Positions 25,939 through 37,890 of a stretch of DNA of 64,000 nucleotides are shown here, in pieces (the first letter of the stretch is position 1; the number at the start of each line of letters is the position of its first letter). The notes below the pieces were generated by a model. The model was not told the DNA's origin and made no database searches. It saw only the letters and a list, made by a program, of their open reading frames with translations. The translations under genes were made by a program, and so were the position numbers. Origin of the DNA: Strigamia acuminata (lineage: Eukaryota). Location: assembly GCA_949358305.1 (NCBI GenBank), contig OX442314.1, positions 31,744,001 through 31,808,000 of the forward strand, written 5' to 3'.

Positions 25939-28216
25939 TGTTGGTCTTGAAGTTTGTAGTAACTGTGTGATTGTTTAGAAACAAAAGTCAAAGCAGCGAT
26001 AACATTGTGCGTGTATTAAAATCAAGAGAGTACAAAGTGAGAGTAATGAGTCATTGGTACAAATATAGGGGTTAATAGGTTGGTGGCGCCATCTATTAAG
26101 AAGCAATGGTAACAAATCCCTTCCTGCGATTCATAGATGGTGCAAAAAGATTTTCAATATCTATTAAATGTCAATCATTCCCAACAATTCGGCACACCTT
26201 GAAATTGTCTCTTTCTCTACTGGCTTTGTTAGAATGTCAGCTGGCATTGATTTAGTCCTTACGAAATTTAACACGTAATTTTCATCCTCTATCTCATCTT
26301 TAACAAAAAGATATCTAAGTTCAATATGCTTAGTCTTACTTCTATTCATTGTTCCCTTTGCGACAGCGATAGCGGATGTGCTATCCGAATACATCGTTAC
26401 AGGTTGTTTGCATAAATTATCTAATTTTAATTCTATCAAAAAAATTACTAGCCATTTTCCTTCTTTTATCCCATCGCACACAGCCATGTATTCGGCTTCG
26501 CAAGATGAGAGACACACCATTTTTTGTTTGGCTGATTTCCAGCTAATTGCAGTTCCGAATAAAGTAAATGCAAAACCTGTTGTTGATTTTCCTTGGTCTA
26601 GCTTGCCATTCCAGGAGGCGTCTGTGAACCCCTGTAATGGGCTTTCGAATCTCTTGTATTCCAAGCGTCTATTAATCGTCCCTTTCAAAAATCTTACGAC
26701 CTTTTTTGCTAACGTCCATTATTCTTGGTCATAATTTTGATTAAAGCGACCCAAGAAATGGACAACGAAAGCAATATCTGGCCTAGCGCCCTGTACTAAG
26801 CTTAGGTACAGTAAAGCACCAATGAGATTTTGGTACGAAATCTCTTCTCTCACGAATTCTTTCGGTTGATTGCTTGCATTTTTCTTTGCTTTCTCTTACT
26901 TTCTTACTTTCAAACTCTTGCCCCTTTGTGATTGGGGTCTGCATTGGGTTGCAATCTGTCATCCCAAACTTATCAATGATTTTTTGGATGTATGCTGCCT
27001 GTGACAAGTGTAGCGTTCTATTTGCTTTATTCTTTTCGATTTCTATCCCTAGAATCTTACTTGGTTCTCCTAAATCTTTTATTTTAAAATTTGATTTCAA
27101 AAGTTTAAAAATTGCATCTAACATTTGTTTTGTTTCAGCTATGGAGATGGTATCATCGACGTAAACCGCAATTATCGATTTGAGACGGCCATTTTCGAAT
27201 TTTATGTGAACACATTCATCTGATTTCAGTCTAATAAAACCGTGTTTTCTCAAAAATTTGTCTAATGTCTTGTACCATGTACGGCTGCTGTTTTTCAAGC
27301 CGTATATAGCTTTCTCTAATCCGCAAACCCACTCTAAACGGTCCTTCTTTTCTCTTCACGGGGGCTGTTCCATGAACACAATTTTCTTCAACTTCCCGTT
27401 TAAATACGCCGTAGTCATATCATGCTGCCTTATAGGCCAGCCCCAATGGTTTGCTAAAGCTAAAATTATGCGTAGGGTCGTTAGCCGCATTACTGGCGAG
27501 TATGATTCCTCGAAATCTATCCCGGGTTTTTGCCCCGCCCCTACGGCTACGAGCCTAGCTTTAAAATTTGGTTTGTCATCTGATTCGTCCTTCACTCGAA
27601 ATACCCACCTTGACTTTAGTACTTTTCTATTTTCTGGGCGCGGAACTAATTTCCACGTCTCCATTTCGCTATGATAATCTAGTTCTGACTTTATTGCTAA
27701 ATCCCATTTCCGCTCCTGCTCCCCTTCCATTGCTTCATCAATCTGGAATCTGGAATCTGGAATCTGGAACCACATACCTTATTAATTGTGTTGCTGCTGC
27801 AGCTGGTGGATCCTCACTTATGGCTGTCAGGACTGCATGTTTCTCCAAAAGTATCTTGGTTTTCCAACACCACGTTGGGTAATTGTTTTCCTCCAACTTC
27901 TCGATGTGCGTGAAGCTTTGTGTACTCGTATTCTGGTCCGCCATTGTTCTCCTTTGTTTGATTCACTTTTTCACGTGTTCACACTAATCCAATTGTTTCC
28001 AGCAAAAACAGTCCGTTTACTCACAGCTTATCAATTTCCGCACTGAGCCCATAACCCTTTGTTGGTCTTGAAGTCTGTAGAAACAAAAGTCAAAGCAGCG
28101 ATAACATTGTGCGTGTATTAAAATCAACAGAGTACAAAGTGAGAGTAATGAGTCATTGGTACAAATATAGGGGTTGATAGGTTGGTGGTGCCATCTATTA
28201 AGAAGCAATGGTAACA
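25939..28216 (-). mobile_element. Copia element with both LTRs, internally deleted (non-autonomous)
   Basis: Near-identical LTRs at 25939-26114 and 28060-28216 (TG...CA on the minus strand). PBS ggttatgggctcag, PPT cgcaggaagggatt, and 5-bp TSD GTTCT at 25934-25938 and 28217-28221. The gag start is joined directly to RT (VYVDD) and RNase H (FTDASW, SSCEAEY, KHIELRY, ADILTK). Confidence 0.95.
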
Positions 28217-28719
28217 GTTCTTGTCGCTTCCATGATGGTCCTATTCGCTCTTTCCGCCAACCCGTTGCTCTGGGCGGTATGGGGCGTAGTCAACTCATGC
28301 TTTATACATTTTTTCTTAAAGAAGGCATCAAGGGAACTTGCGATAAATTCGCCCCCATTATCGCTCCTCACTCGTTTTAATTTTAAAATATTCTAAAATT
28401 CTAAAATACACGATGAATATTGAGGAAGCAATAATACTAAGGTCGATCTGGCTTTTTCTCGAATACACACTCACAATTAACGGTCGGTTCCAAGATGGCG
28501 TTGATGGCGTCGTGTGAGCGCGGATTTTGGCAGAGTACACTCGATGCCAAAACCTAACTCCAAATACACCTAAATTCCTGTGGAGCACGCTCGACATGAG
28601 AATACTTCTAACACACAGCGGTTCGATTATTACGGAGCAAGCTCGACGTAACAATCCGTCTACACACAGTTTGCTTTGTGGAGTAGACTCGACACAAAGC
28701 ACTTCAAACCAACAGAGCA

Positions 28720-29035
28720 AGCTCAATGTTAGTTTCACACAGATAATGGCTTAAATCACGCTTAGTGATCCAAGCAGAAGGGCGCTATTCCGTACAGTAG
28801 GTACAGACCAGCAGTGAGTCTCAATTCTTCCAATAAATCACAGATCACACTTAGCGAGTTTGTGCATAAGTTTAACACGGTTGTGAATGGTTTGGAAGTG
28901 GAATCAAGAGTGCAAGCAGAGTGGGCCAAAACTGTTTGGCTCACTCCGAAATCTGCTCAGTAAAGCTGCGCAGATGACGAGTTGCGTAAAGATCACACAC
29001 GGCCGCCTTCGGGTCGTGTGCAACAATTTAGCCAG
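28720..29035. repeat. Dispersed LTR-like repeat, copy 2
   Basis: Collinear, high-identity match to 15520-15840. Confidence 0.65.
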
Positions 29036-30652
29036 GCCAGAACGATAGTTAGACCACCTTTTACTGACTACTGGCGGACTCACAACCAGCGAACTAGACA
29101 TTGTGAGTAATAACGCTCAACAACCGGAAATACAAGCAAGGTACAGTCATGGCCAGTGATCTTAAAAACCATGAAAGTCTAATGAAAGGGTGAAAAGAAT
29201 AGTTGACAACATGGCCAGTATTCTAGACATCATGTAACAACAATGTAAAAAGGAATGGGTTTTTCATTGGGCGGGATGTTTGTCGCAACATCTCCAGGGT
29301 GGAAAAGTCTCGATTGAGGCAACAAAACCTGTCGTCACCTGTTGTCTATCTGACTCTCCGTGGACCTAAACCAGGCGCGAGAGTCTTTACGATTAGAGGC
29401 AGTAATTTAATACCATCTACCTCTTGTGTTGTTGCACGCAGGACAACCAGCCAATGCTTGACTGTGCGTCAATTTCATTGATGCACAACATAATTGAATC
29501 AACCGAAAGGCATCAAACAACAATTGTATAGTGTCAATAATCAGGGTATGCAAAAACAGCCCAGAATAAAGTGGTGCGTGCCTTTAAATGCCCAAGGGGC
29601 GGGCGACTTAGCAGCACAAGGGGGTTCCAGCTGTTATGCAACCAGTCACAACAGCTGTATCGAACGGGTTAACCGTCCCTAAATGCGCTTTAAAAGGGGA
29701 ATGGTCAAAGCATACTTTCCTTTTGGGGAGGGGTGTCTGGGGTAACGCAGACGGGAAGTCACCTCCCCTCTTAACGAATGACGTCACAAGGCGAGAGGAA
29801 CGGCGAAGGAGTCTCTCTTTCACGGGCAAGATGGCGGCTGTCCTTGACTGGGGCGGGTGTCATTACCTACTACTAGTGAACAGATATTAATATTTCAGAG
29901 AAGGCACCATGGCCATAGGACGAGACCTATTTATATGTCATTTATATGTGCTAAAGGAGCAGTGGTTTATTAGTTAATAAACTTTACTTGGATTTGTAAA
30001 AATATAAATATATGTATATATGTGTATCCAAACTGATATGATGGTAACGAAGTCCTTACGAGAGTCGTTCTCGTGACAACGTTTGTATGGGATCTGTTTT
30101 TTGTGTATTCTCGTCGCCAATATTGTGTTTCTGGAACTTTCTGTAAATTGTGTGCGTGGACGAAATTATAATACAGCCATCTTGTTAGTTGGAATTAACA
30201 TAAAGCGAATTAATTAAGACAGGGGGCTTTGACGTAGCAGTCAGTGTCATACAAAAAGACGGATTCCAAAATAATCAATGTGGAGAAAGCACCCCAAAAA
30301 GGTTTTGGTGAAATATTTTATTTTCTGCAAGTTAGGCTCAGCCAATCCAGAGTGAGAACAATCAGCAATGAGTTATTGCAATAGCAAGATAACCATTGAT
30401 AAATATTTTTATTTATACATGAAAAATCGTTTAATAATTTTAGTTCAGTAATACAACTGATTTTTTAACATAAAAATTAAGTTAGAATTTATATTGCTGG
30501 CCAATGACGATGGGCAATTTGTGGTTTTTACCTTTCTGTAGAAACTGTTTAAGTGTCCATATAAAAGAATTCAGGAGAGCATGAATATAAGCGTGTATAA
30601 GAACAAAAATACATGAACTGAAAGTAATGAGTAATACAATTGTTTACATTAA

Positions 30653-30810
30653 AACATGAGAAGGTTGGTAACATGAGAAGGTTGGTAACATGAGAAGGTT
30701 GGTAACATGAAATGATTGGTAACGAGGCGCCATCTATGAGGAAGCAATGTCAACACAATGACAATGGGCAATGACAATGGGCAATGACAATGGGCTATGA
30801 CAATGGGCAA
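30653..30810. repeat. Two short minisatellites
   Basis: aacatgagaaggttggt (17 bp) about x4, then aatgacaatgggc (13 bp) about x4. Confidence 0.85.
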
Positions 30811-31209
30811 CACCCTCAACAGTCTAATGGCGGACCTGAAGTGCGATAACAGCCAAATCAGGGAGAAATGGGCTTTGAAAGTGCTTTAGGTGAGATCGAA
30901 TCAAATCAGCAGTGTTGAAAACGGAAAGATGGCACTAAATAATCCCAAACAGTAAGTTATTTCGATTCCTAATATACAGTAACACAAATTAGAACTTTCT
31001 TTCCCAACAGGCGATCGGACCCATAGATTGCACAGCGTGAAGAGAAATAACGATCTCACGATGTTCAAAACATTGAAAGAACGACCCCTGATTATACTGA
31101 GGGCTTAAAAATCGAATTTTACTGTAGGTTATTACCCTGAATTGTATATTTTAATAAATATGGACAATTTCTACAATTAAAAAGCATGGACGGGCTATTT
31201 CCGTCCCAT

Positions 31210-31352
31210 CTGGGGTGGAAATAGCATGTGTGCTATTTCCACTCCAGAATTTATTTCCACTTTAGAATTTAAATTTCCACCCCAGATTTTTAATTTCTAC
31301 CCACAATTTATTTCCTCCCCAGAATTTTAATTTCCAGCCCAGAATTTATTTC
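31210..31352. repeat. Inverted repeat followed by tandem 18-19 bp repeats
   Basis: ctggggtggaaatagca-tgtg-tgctatttccactccag palindrome, then about six degenerate atttccaccccagaattt units. Confidence 0.75.
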
Positions 31353-32407
31353 GGCCAAAAAAGAAACCATTTTAATTATCAGTTGACAAGCTATGTAAAT
31401 TCAAGCTACTTAATCAAAACAACAGGAGTGATCTGGGAAGTGTAACAAACCAGGAAAAACTATTAAACGAGGTGACTAAATAAAAATAATTCTGTTTCTT
31501 GATAAAATAACATAAATTGGTGTCTCGTTTTGTTCTGAACGATGCAATACCCAGGCAACACCAATTAGCTGAGGAGTTACAAAGTGGATGGCAAAGTTTT
31601 GATCGATTACAAGTTAAGAAGGTAGGACAATTAATTTATACCTTTTAGAGAATAAATAAACAAATAAATAAATAAGGAACGAGTGCTTATGACTACACAG
31701 GTTAGAAGTTAAACTTCTTGACATGTACAAGTAGCAACGGTGCAAATCAGGAGCTGGCCATAGCAACCCCCTAATTTGGCAATTTCGTTGCCAAGCGACG
31801 AACAACGGCTATAAACTAACAGCCGAGACCGATGACAGGTGCAAAGCAAATACATGTAAAAATTTTACACAATTTCCGAAATTATATGATTAGTGATTAG
31901 TTATGGGCAAAATATTTTCATACGTTTCGACGTATGGGGAATAAGCTCTTGAAGAAGGTGAAGGCATGGGATGTGGATTTGTCGATGGTAAACATACGCC
32001 AAGAATACCCAGAAATTAGTGCAAACAGATACTGCAACTAACAGTTCATCCACTAAATGGCGCCACCCGTCACAGAGTAAACACCCATTGAAAAAGGTAT
32101 TGCAGTGAAGCAATCTCAGGATATTTTGTTTGGCAATTGACAGCATACATACTGTATGTATCATAGAATTAAGTGTTACAGTTTTCAGATTATTTAAAAT
32201 GTAGTTATTTAAATTGTTTATTTTTATTCAAATTATAAAATTGCAAACTGCTAAAATGAGGTGAAATTAATGCTTCGTCAAAATATAACACTAACGTCAA
32301 AATGGATGCACCCATTAAAATTTGTTGGCATTTTGTATTCGTTCACTTTGTTCATCGTGTTTAATGAATACACATTGTACGACACACCTGTTTTTGTGAA
32401 TATGAGG

Positions 32408-32607
32408 NNNNNNNNNNNNNNNNNNNNNNNNNNNNNNNNNNNNNNNNNNNNNNNNNNNNNNNNNNNNNNNNNNNNNNNNNNNNNNNNNNNNNNNNNNNNN
32501 NNNNNNNNNNNNNNNNNNNNNNNNNNNNNNNNNNNNNNNNNNNNNNNNNNNNNNNNNNNNNNNNNNNNNNNNNNNNNNNNNNNNNNNNNNNNNNNNNNNN
32601 NNNNNNN
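32408..32607. other. Assembly gap (200 N)
   Basis: Run of N. Confidence 1.
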
Positions 32608-33367
32608 ACTCGTTCGTCCATTCGTCAAATTGGTCGTTTCGTCTAGCGACGAGAACAACGGCGACGCTAACGTTTACGCGAGTAACTCGGTGAGTTCGTG
32701 CATTCTGCGCACGCAAAACGCGAACGCGGCCAATTGACAAAATAACATTTTACAAGTAATGGTTTAATAATTTACCTCCGTGTGCGAAGCGCGTGTCGCG
32801 TCCATTGTGTCTGTCTGTCTGATTTTGGCGAATGAACCGACGCGACGCCCGGTGATAACAATGGCGATAATGACACGCGACGTAGCATACTTCTAGCTAA
32901 ACAACAATAATAATAATAATTCATTAAAAAAATAAAATGAAATAGAATAATTAAATAAACAAACAAAATAATAAATAGATAAATAAATAAATAAATAAAT
33001 AAATAAGTCGAAAATAAATAAACTAGCGGCGGGACGGGCCGAGGTCAGAGATTTTGCTCCGTTCTCGCGTCTGTCTATTCCGGGTAGAGGGAGGGAGCGA
33101 ACGGGCGCGCGCCGGACATCGCTCGGAATTAAAAAACGGGTAACGGGGGAAGACAGACAGTCGAAATTTGATTCCCCGGTCGTGGAATCGACTCCGCGAC
33201 CCGTGCTTTAACGGTTAATTGGATTATCTTCGTCGTGACTTATCGGGATAAAAATTTTATAGAAAATCGGCCGTATCGTATTTTATTTTCATCTTCCGAG
33301 GGTCTCGCGTCGTCGTTGTGGACGGGAGTCTTCCCGAACACGTTCGACGGGCTTCGCGAATGCTTTC

Positions 33368-33492
33368 AGATCGGACGCGGAACTCGGGCCCGCCGCTCGG
33401 TCGAGCGGCGCCAGTACCCGCCGAGCGGCGCGGTATCCGATCAAATAACTCCCTTGCTTCGTCACGGTCTCGGACTGGCCTTCGGGCCGGTC
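33368..33492 (+). ncRNA. Putative family-1 small RNA, unit A
   Basis: The AGATCG 5' end can pair with CGGTCT before the terminal cUUCGg hairpin. It starts 67 nt after the conserved ggtctcgcg element. Confidence 0.55.
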
Positions 33493-33950
33493 AAAATAAC
33501 AAATAAATGAATAAATCGAAAATAGAACGCCCCCGTCCCGGCGAGACTAGGGGCGGGTGGCGTCGTTGAGCGGCGGCAGCGGCGGCGGTAGCCCCGACGA
33601 CTCGCCCCGAAAATAAGCTCCCGCACCAGCATTCCTTCGTCCGTCTAAACCTCGCAGCGCGTGCGGTCGCGTGCATTCTACTCGTGTCCGGTGTGGCGAT
33701 CGGTACAGAGTAAAAAAAAGATCACCCGAAAAAGAAAGACGATTAAAGTTTTAATTCTCCGGTCGTGGAACCGACTTTGCGGTTCGTGCTTTAACCGTTA
33801 ATTAGGTTATCTTCGTCGCAACTCGTCGTAATAAAAATTTCACAGAAAATCAGCCGTTTCGTATTTTATTTTCATCTTCCGGGGGTCTCGCGCCGTCGTT
33901 GTGGACGGGAGTCTTCCCGAACACGTTCGATGGGTTTTGCCGACACTTTC

Positions 33951-34083
33951 AGATCGAATGCGGAACTCGGGCCCGTCGCTCGGTCGAGCGGCGCCAGTAC
34001 CCGCCGAGCGGCACGGTATCCGATACCCGTCTTTTTTAAACCTCCCTTGCTTCGTCGGTCTCAGACTGGCCTTCGGGTCGGTC
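33951..34083 (+). ncRNA. Putative family-1 small RNA, unit B
   Basis: Same scaffold; an extra G-U wobble in the terminal hairpin. Confidence 0.55.
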
Positions 34084-34111
34084 AAAATAAATAAATAAAT
34101 AAATAAATGAA

Positions 34112-34162
<51 letters not shown>

Positions 34163-34613
34163 GTAGGTCGGGAAATAGAACGCGTTCGTCCCGGCGAATA
34201 GTGGCAGCTGGGGTCGTCGAGTGAGTGGCGGCGGCAGCGGCAACCTCGATGACTCGCCCCGAAAATAAAGTCCCGCGTCGGCATCCCTTCGTGCGTCCTT
34301 CGTCCGTCTAATCCTCGCAGCGCGTGCGGTCGCGTGCATTCTACTCGTGTCCGATGTAGCGACCGGTACGAGGTAAAAAAAATATCACACGAAAAAGAAA
34401 GACGATTAAAATTTTAATTCTCCGGTTGTGGAACCGACTTCGCGGTTCGTGCTTTAATCGTTAATTAGATTATCGTCGTCGCAATTTATCGGAATAAAAT
34501 TTTTACGGAAAATTGACATTTCCGTATTTCATTTTCATCTTTCGGGGGTCTTGCGCCGTCATAATCGGAGCGAGTCTCGCTCGATGCGTTCGACGGACTT
34601 TGTGGGAGTTTCC

Positions 34614-34758
34614 AGATCGCCAGCGGAACGAGGGGCCGTGGCTCGTCCGAGCGGCGCAGTACCCGTCGAGTGGCGCGGTACCCGAGTTCTTGCATCCAAC
34701 GGTGGACACATCTTTGTCGAGAGCACCTCTCGGTCTCAGACCGGCCTTCGGGCCGGTC
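34614..34758 (+). ncRNA. Putative family-1 small RNA, unit C
   Basis: Same scaffold, diverged core, perfect terminal hairpin. Confidence 0.55.
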
Positions 34759-35211
34759 AAAAAAAATAAACAAATAAATAAATAAATAAATAAATAAACG
34801 AGTCGGCGAATAAAGGCGGTTGGGGTCGCTGGACGGTGGCGGTGGTGGTGGCAGCGGCAACCCCGACGACTCGTCGCAAAAGATAAGCTCCCGCGCCGGC
34901 ATCCGTTTGCTCGTCTAAACCTCGCAGTGCGCGTGCGGTCGCGTGCATTCTACTCGTGTCCGATGTGGCGATCGGCATAGATCACCCGAAAAAGGAAAGA
35001 CGATTAAAATTTTAATTCTCCGGTCGTGGCACCGACTTTGCGGCTCGTGCTTTAACCGTTAATTAGGTTATCTTCGTCGTAATTCGTTGGAATAAAATTT
35101 TTATAGAAAATCAGCCGTTATGCATTTTATTTTCATCTTCCGGGGGTCTCGTGCCGTCGTAGTAGGCGTTAGTTTCAATCATCGCGTTCTACGGATTTTG
35201 AGGGGATCCTC

Positions 35212-35402
35212 AGATCGAGACCAAAGTGAGAGGGCCGTCGCCCCCGTCTCGTGCGCCGCTCGATCCCCGTTGGATGACAAGATGGCATTCGCCTCTCCCA
35301 CCCGAGGATCGGTCGGTGGTGCGGTATTTATGCTTGTGCACCAAATGGGTGGTCGACAGGTCCCCAATCGGTCTCGGGCTCAGACTGGCCTTCGGGCCGG
35401 TC
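35212..35402 (+). ncRNA. Putative family-1 small RNA, unit D
   Basis: Extended closing stem tcgagacc/ggtctcgg; unique core. Confidence 0.55.
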
Positions 35403-35865
35403 AAAATAACAAATAAATGAATAAATCGGAAATAGAACGCTCCCGTCCCGGCGAGACTAGGGGCGGGTGGCGTCGTTGAGCGGCGGCAGCGGCGGCGGTA
35501 GCCCCGACGACTCGCCCCGAAAAAAGGCTCCCGCACCGGCATTTCTTCGTCCGTCTAAACCTCGCAGCGCGCGTGCGGTCGCGTGCATTCTACTCGTGTC
35601 CGGTGTGGCGATCGGTACGGGGTAAAAAAAAAATATTACACGCAAAAGGAAAGACGATTAAAATTTTAGTTCTCCGGTCGTGGAACCGACTTTGTGGTTT
35701 GCGTTTTAACCGTTAATTAGGTTATCTTCGTCGCACTTTATCGCAATAAAAATTTTATAGGAAACCCGCCGCTCCGCATTTTATTTTCACCTCCCGGGGG
35801 TCTTGCGCCGTCGTATTCGATGGCAGTCGCCTTCGGTGCGTTCAATTGACCCCGTGAGTGCTTTC

Positions 35866-36039
35866 GGATCGAGACCGATGTGAGAGGTCGACATTCACGC
35901 CCCGACGATCGGTGCGGACCACTGGCATTTTTTCACCCATCCGTTTATCGGTCGTCGGTCCGATGCACGCTCCAGCCAGTGATTTTGTCGACGGGTCTCC
36001 GAGAGCGGTCTCGGTCTCAGACTGGCCTTCGGGCCGGTC
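35866..36039 (+). ncRNA. Putative family-1 small RNA, unit E
   Basis: 12-bp closing stem ggatcgagaccg/cggtctcggtct; internal stems gtcgaca/tgtcgac and cactggc/gccagtg. Confidence 0.55.
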
Positions 36040-36535
36040 AAAATAATAAATAAATAAATAAATAAATAAATGGATCGGAAATAGGTCGCACCCGTCCCGG
36101 CGAGAATAAGGGTGGGTGGCGTCGTTGAGCGACGTCAGCGGCAGCGACGTCAGCGGCAGCGACAGCCCCGACGACTAACTCGCCCCGAAAATAAGGTCCT
36201 GCGCCGGCATCCGTTCGTTCGTTCAAACCTCGCAGCGCTCGTGCGGTCGCGTGCATTCTACTCGTGTCCGACGTGGCGATCGGTACGGAGTAAAAAAAAA
36301 AAAGATCATCAGAGAAAGGAAGACGATTAAAATTTTAATTCTCCAGTCGTGGCACCGACTTTGCGGTTCGTGCTTTAACCGTTAATTAGGTTATCTTCGT
36401 TGTGGCAGATTCGAATAAAAGTTTTACAAAATAATCGTCGTTTTACATTTTTAAATCATTTCCCAGGGACCGTGTACCGTCGCAGTCGATGCGAGTCCCG
36501 GTCATCGCATCCGATAGACATTGCGGACGTTTTTC

Positions 36536-36695
36536 AGATCGAGACTGGAGTACCTGTTGAGTACCAAATGGCCGGTCGGTCGTTGGTGTGGTTCCGTCTC
36601 CTAAAATGTTCGTCGCCATTTTCTGTTGGTCGAGTCGCCTACCATCCAATGGTCGGTCGGTGGGTCTCGGTCTCAGACTGGCCTTCGGGCCGGTC
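36536..36695 (+). ncRNA. Putative family-1 small RNA, unit F
   Basis: Closing stem agatcgagact/ggtctcggtct; unique core. Confidence 0.55.
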
Positions 36696-37159
36696 AAAAT
36701 AACAAATAAATGAATAAATCGGAAATAGAACGTCCCCGTCCCGGCCAGAATAGGGGCAGGTGGTGTCGTTGAGCGGCGTCAGCGGCAGCGACAGCCCGGA
36801 CGAATCGCCCCGAAAATAAGGTCCTGCGCTGGCATCCGTTTGTTCGTTCAAACCTCGCAGCGCTCGTGCGGTCGCGTGCATTCTACTCGTGTCCGACGTG
36901 GCGATCGGTACGGAGTAAAAAAAAAAAAGATCATCAGAGAAAGGAAGACGATTAAAATTTTAATTCTCCGGTCGTGGCACCGACTTTGCGGTTCGTACTT
37001 TAACCGTTAATTAGGTTATCTTCGTCGTAATTCGTTGGAATAAAAATTTTATAGAAAATGAGCCGTTTCGTATTTTATTTTCATCTTCCGGGGGTCTCGC
37101 GCCGTCGTTGTGGACGGGAGTCTTCCCGAACACGTTCGATGGGTTTTGCCAACACTTTC

Positions 37160-37285
37160 AGATCGAACTCGGGACTCGGGCCCGCCGCTCGGTCGAGCGG
37201 CGCACAGTACCCGCCGAGCGGCGCGGTATCCGATATAAAAGGACCCTTGCTTCGCCACGGTCTCAGACTGGCCTTCGGGCCGGTC
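37160..37285 (+). ncRNA. Putative family-1 small RNA, unit G
   Basis: A/B-like core with a different short variable segment. Confidence 0.55.
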
Positions 37286-37756
37286 AAAATAATAAATAAA
37301 TAAATAAATAAATAAGTCCGAAAATGGAACGTATCCGTCCCGACGAATAGATGCGGTTGGGGTCGTTGAGCGACAGCGGCGGCAGCGGCAGCCCCGACGA
37401 CTCGCCCCGAAAATAAGCTCCCTTACCGGCATTCCTTCGACCGTCTAAACCTCGCAGCATGCGTGCGGTCGCGTGCATTCTACTCGTGTCCGATGTGGCG
37501 ATCGGTACGAGGTAAAAAAAAATATCACACGAAAAAAGAAAGACGATTAAAATTTTAATTCTTCGGTCGTGGGACCGACTTTTTTGCGGTCCGTGCTTTA
37601 ACCGATAATTAGGTTATCTTCGTCGTAATTCGTTAGAATAAAAATTTTATAGAAAATGAGCCGTTTCGTATTTTATTTTCATCTTCGGGGGTCTCGCGCC
37701 GTCGTTGTGGACGGGAGTCTTCCCGAACACGTTCGATGGGTTTTGCCAACACTTTC

Positions 37757-37890
37757 AGATCGAACTCGGGACTCGGGCCCGCCGCTCGGTCGAGCGGCGC
37801 ACAGTACCCGCCGAGCGGCGCGGTATTCGATACCCGTCTTTGTAAAAGCAGCCGTGCTTTTTCGGTCTCAGACTGGCCTTCGGGCCGGTC
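37757..37890 (+). ncRNA. Putative family-1 small RNA, unit H
   Basis: A/B-like core with a different short variable segment. Confidence 0.55.

Noticed and set aside
32261..32740. ORFs spanning the N run
   Set aside because: Artefacts of translating through the gap.
33361..37757. tttcag before each family-1 RNA as a splice acceptor
   Set aside because: Unit E has ttcgg instead of AG, there is no consistent donor, and no frame is conserved.
33473..37890. Hammerhead ribozyme or bacterial terminator at the UUCG hairpin
   Set aside because: No CUGANGA...GAAA core on either strand; the hairpin is followed by A-rich sequence, not a U tract, on the strand favoured by G-U pairs.
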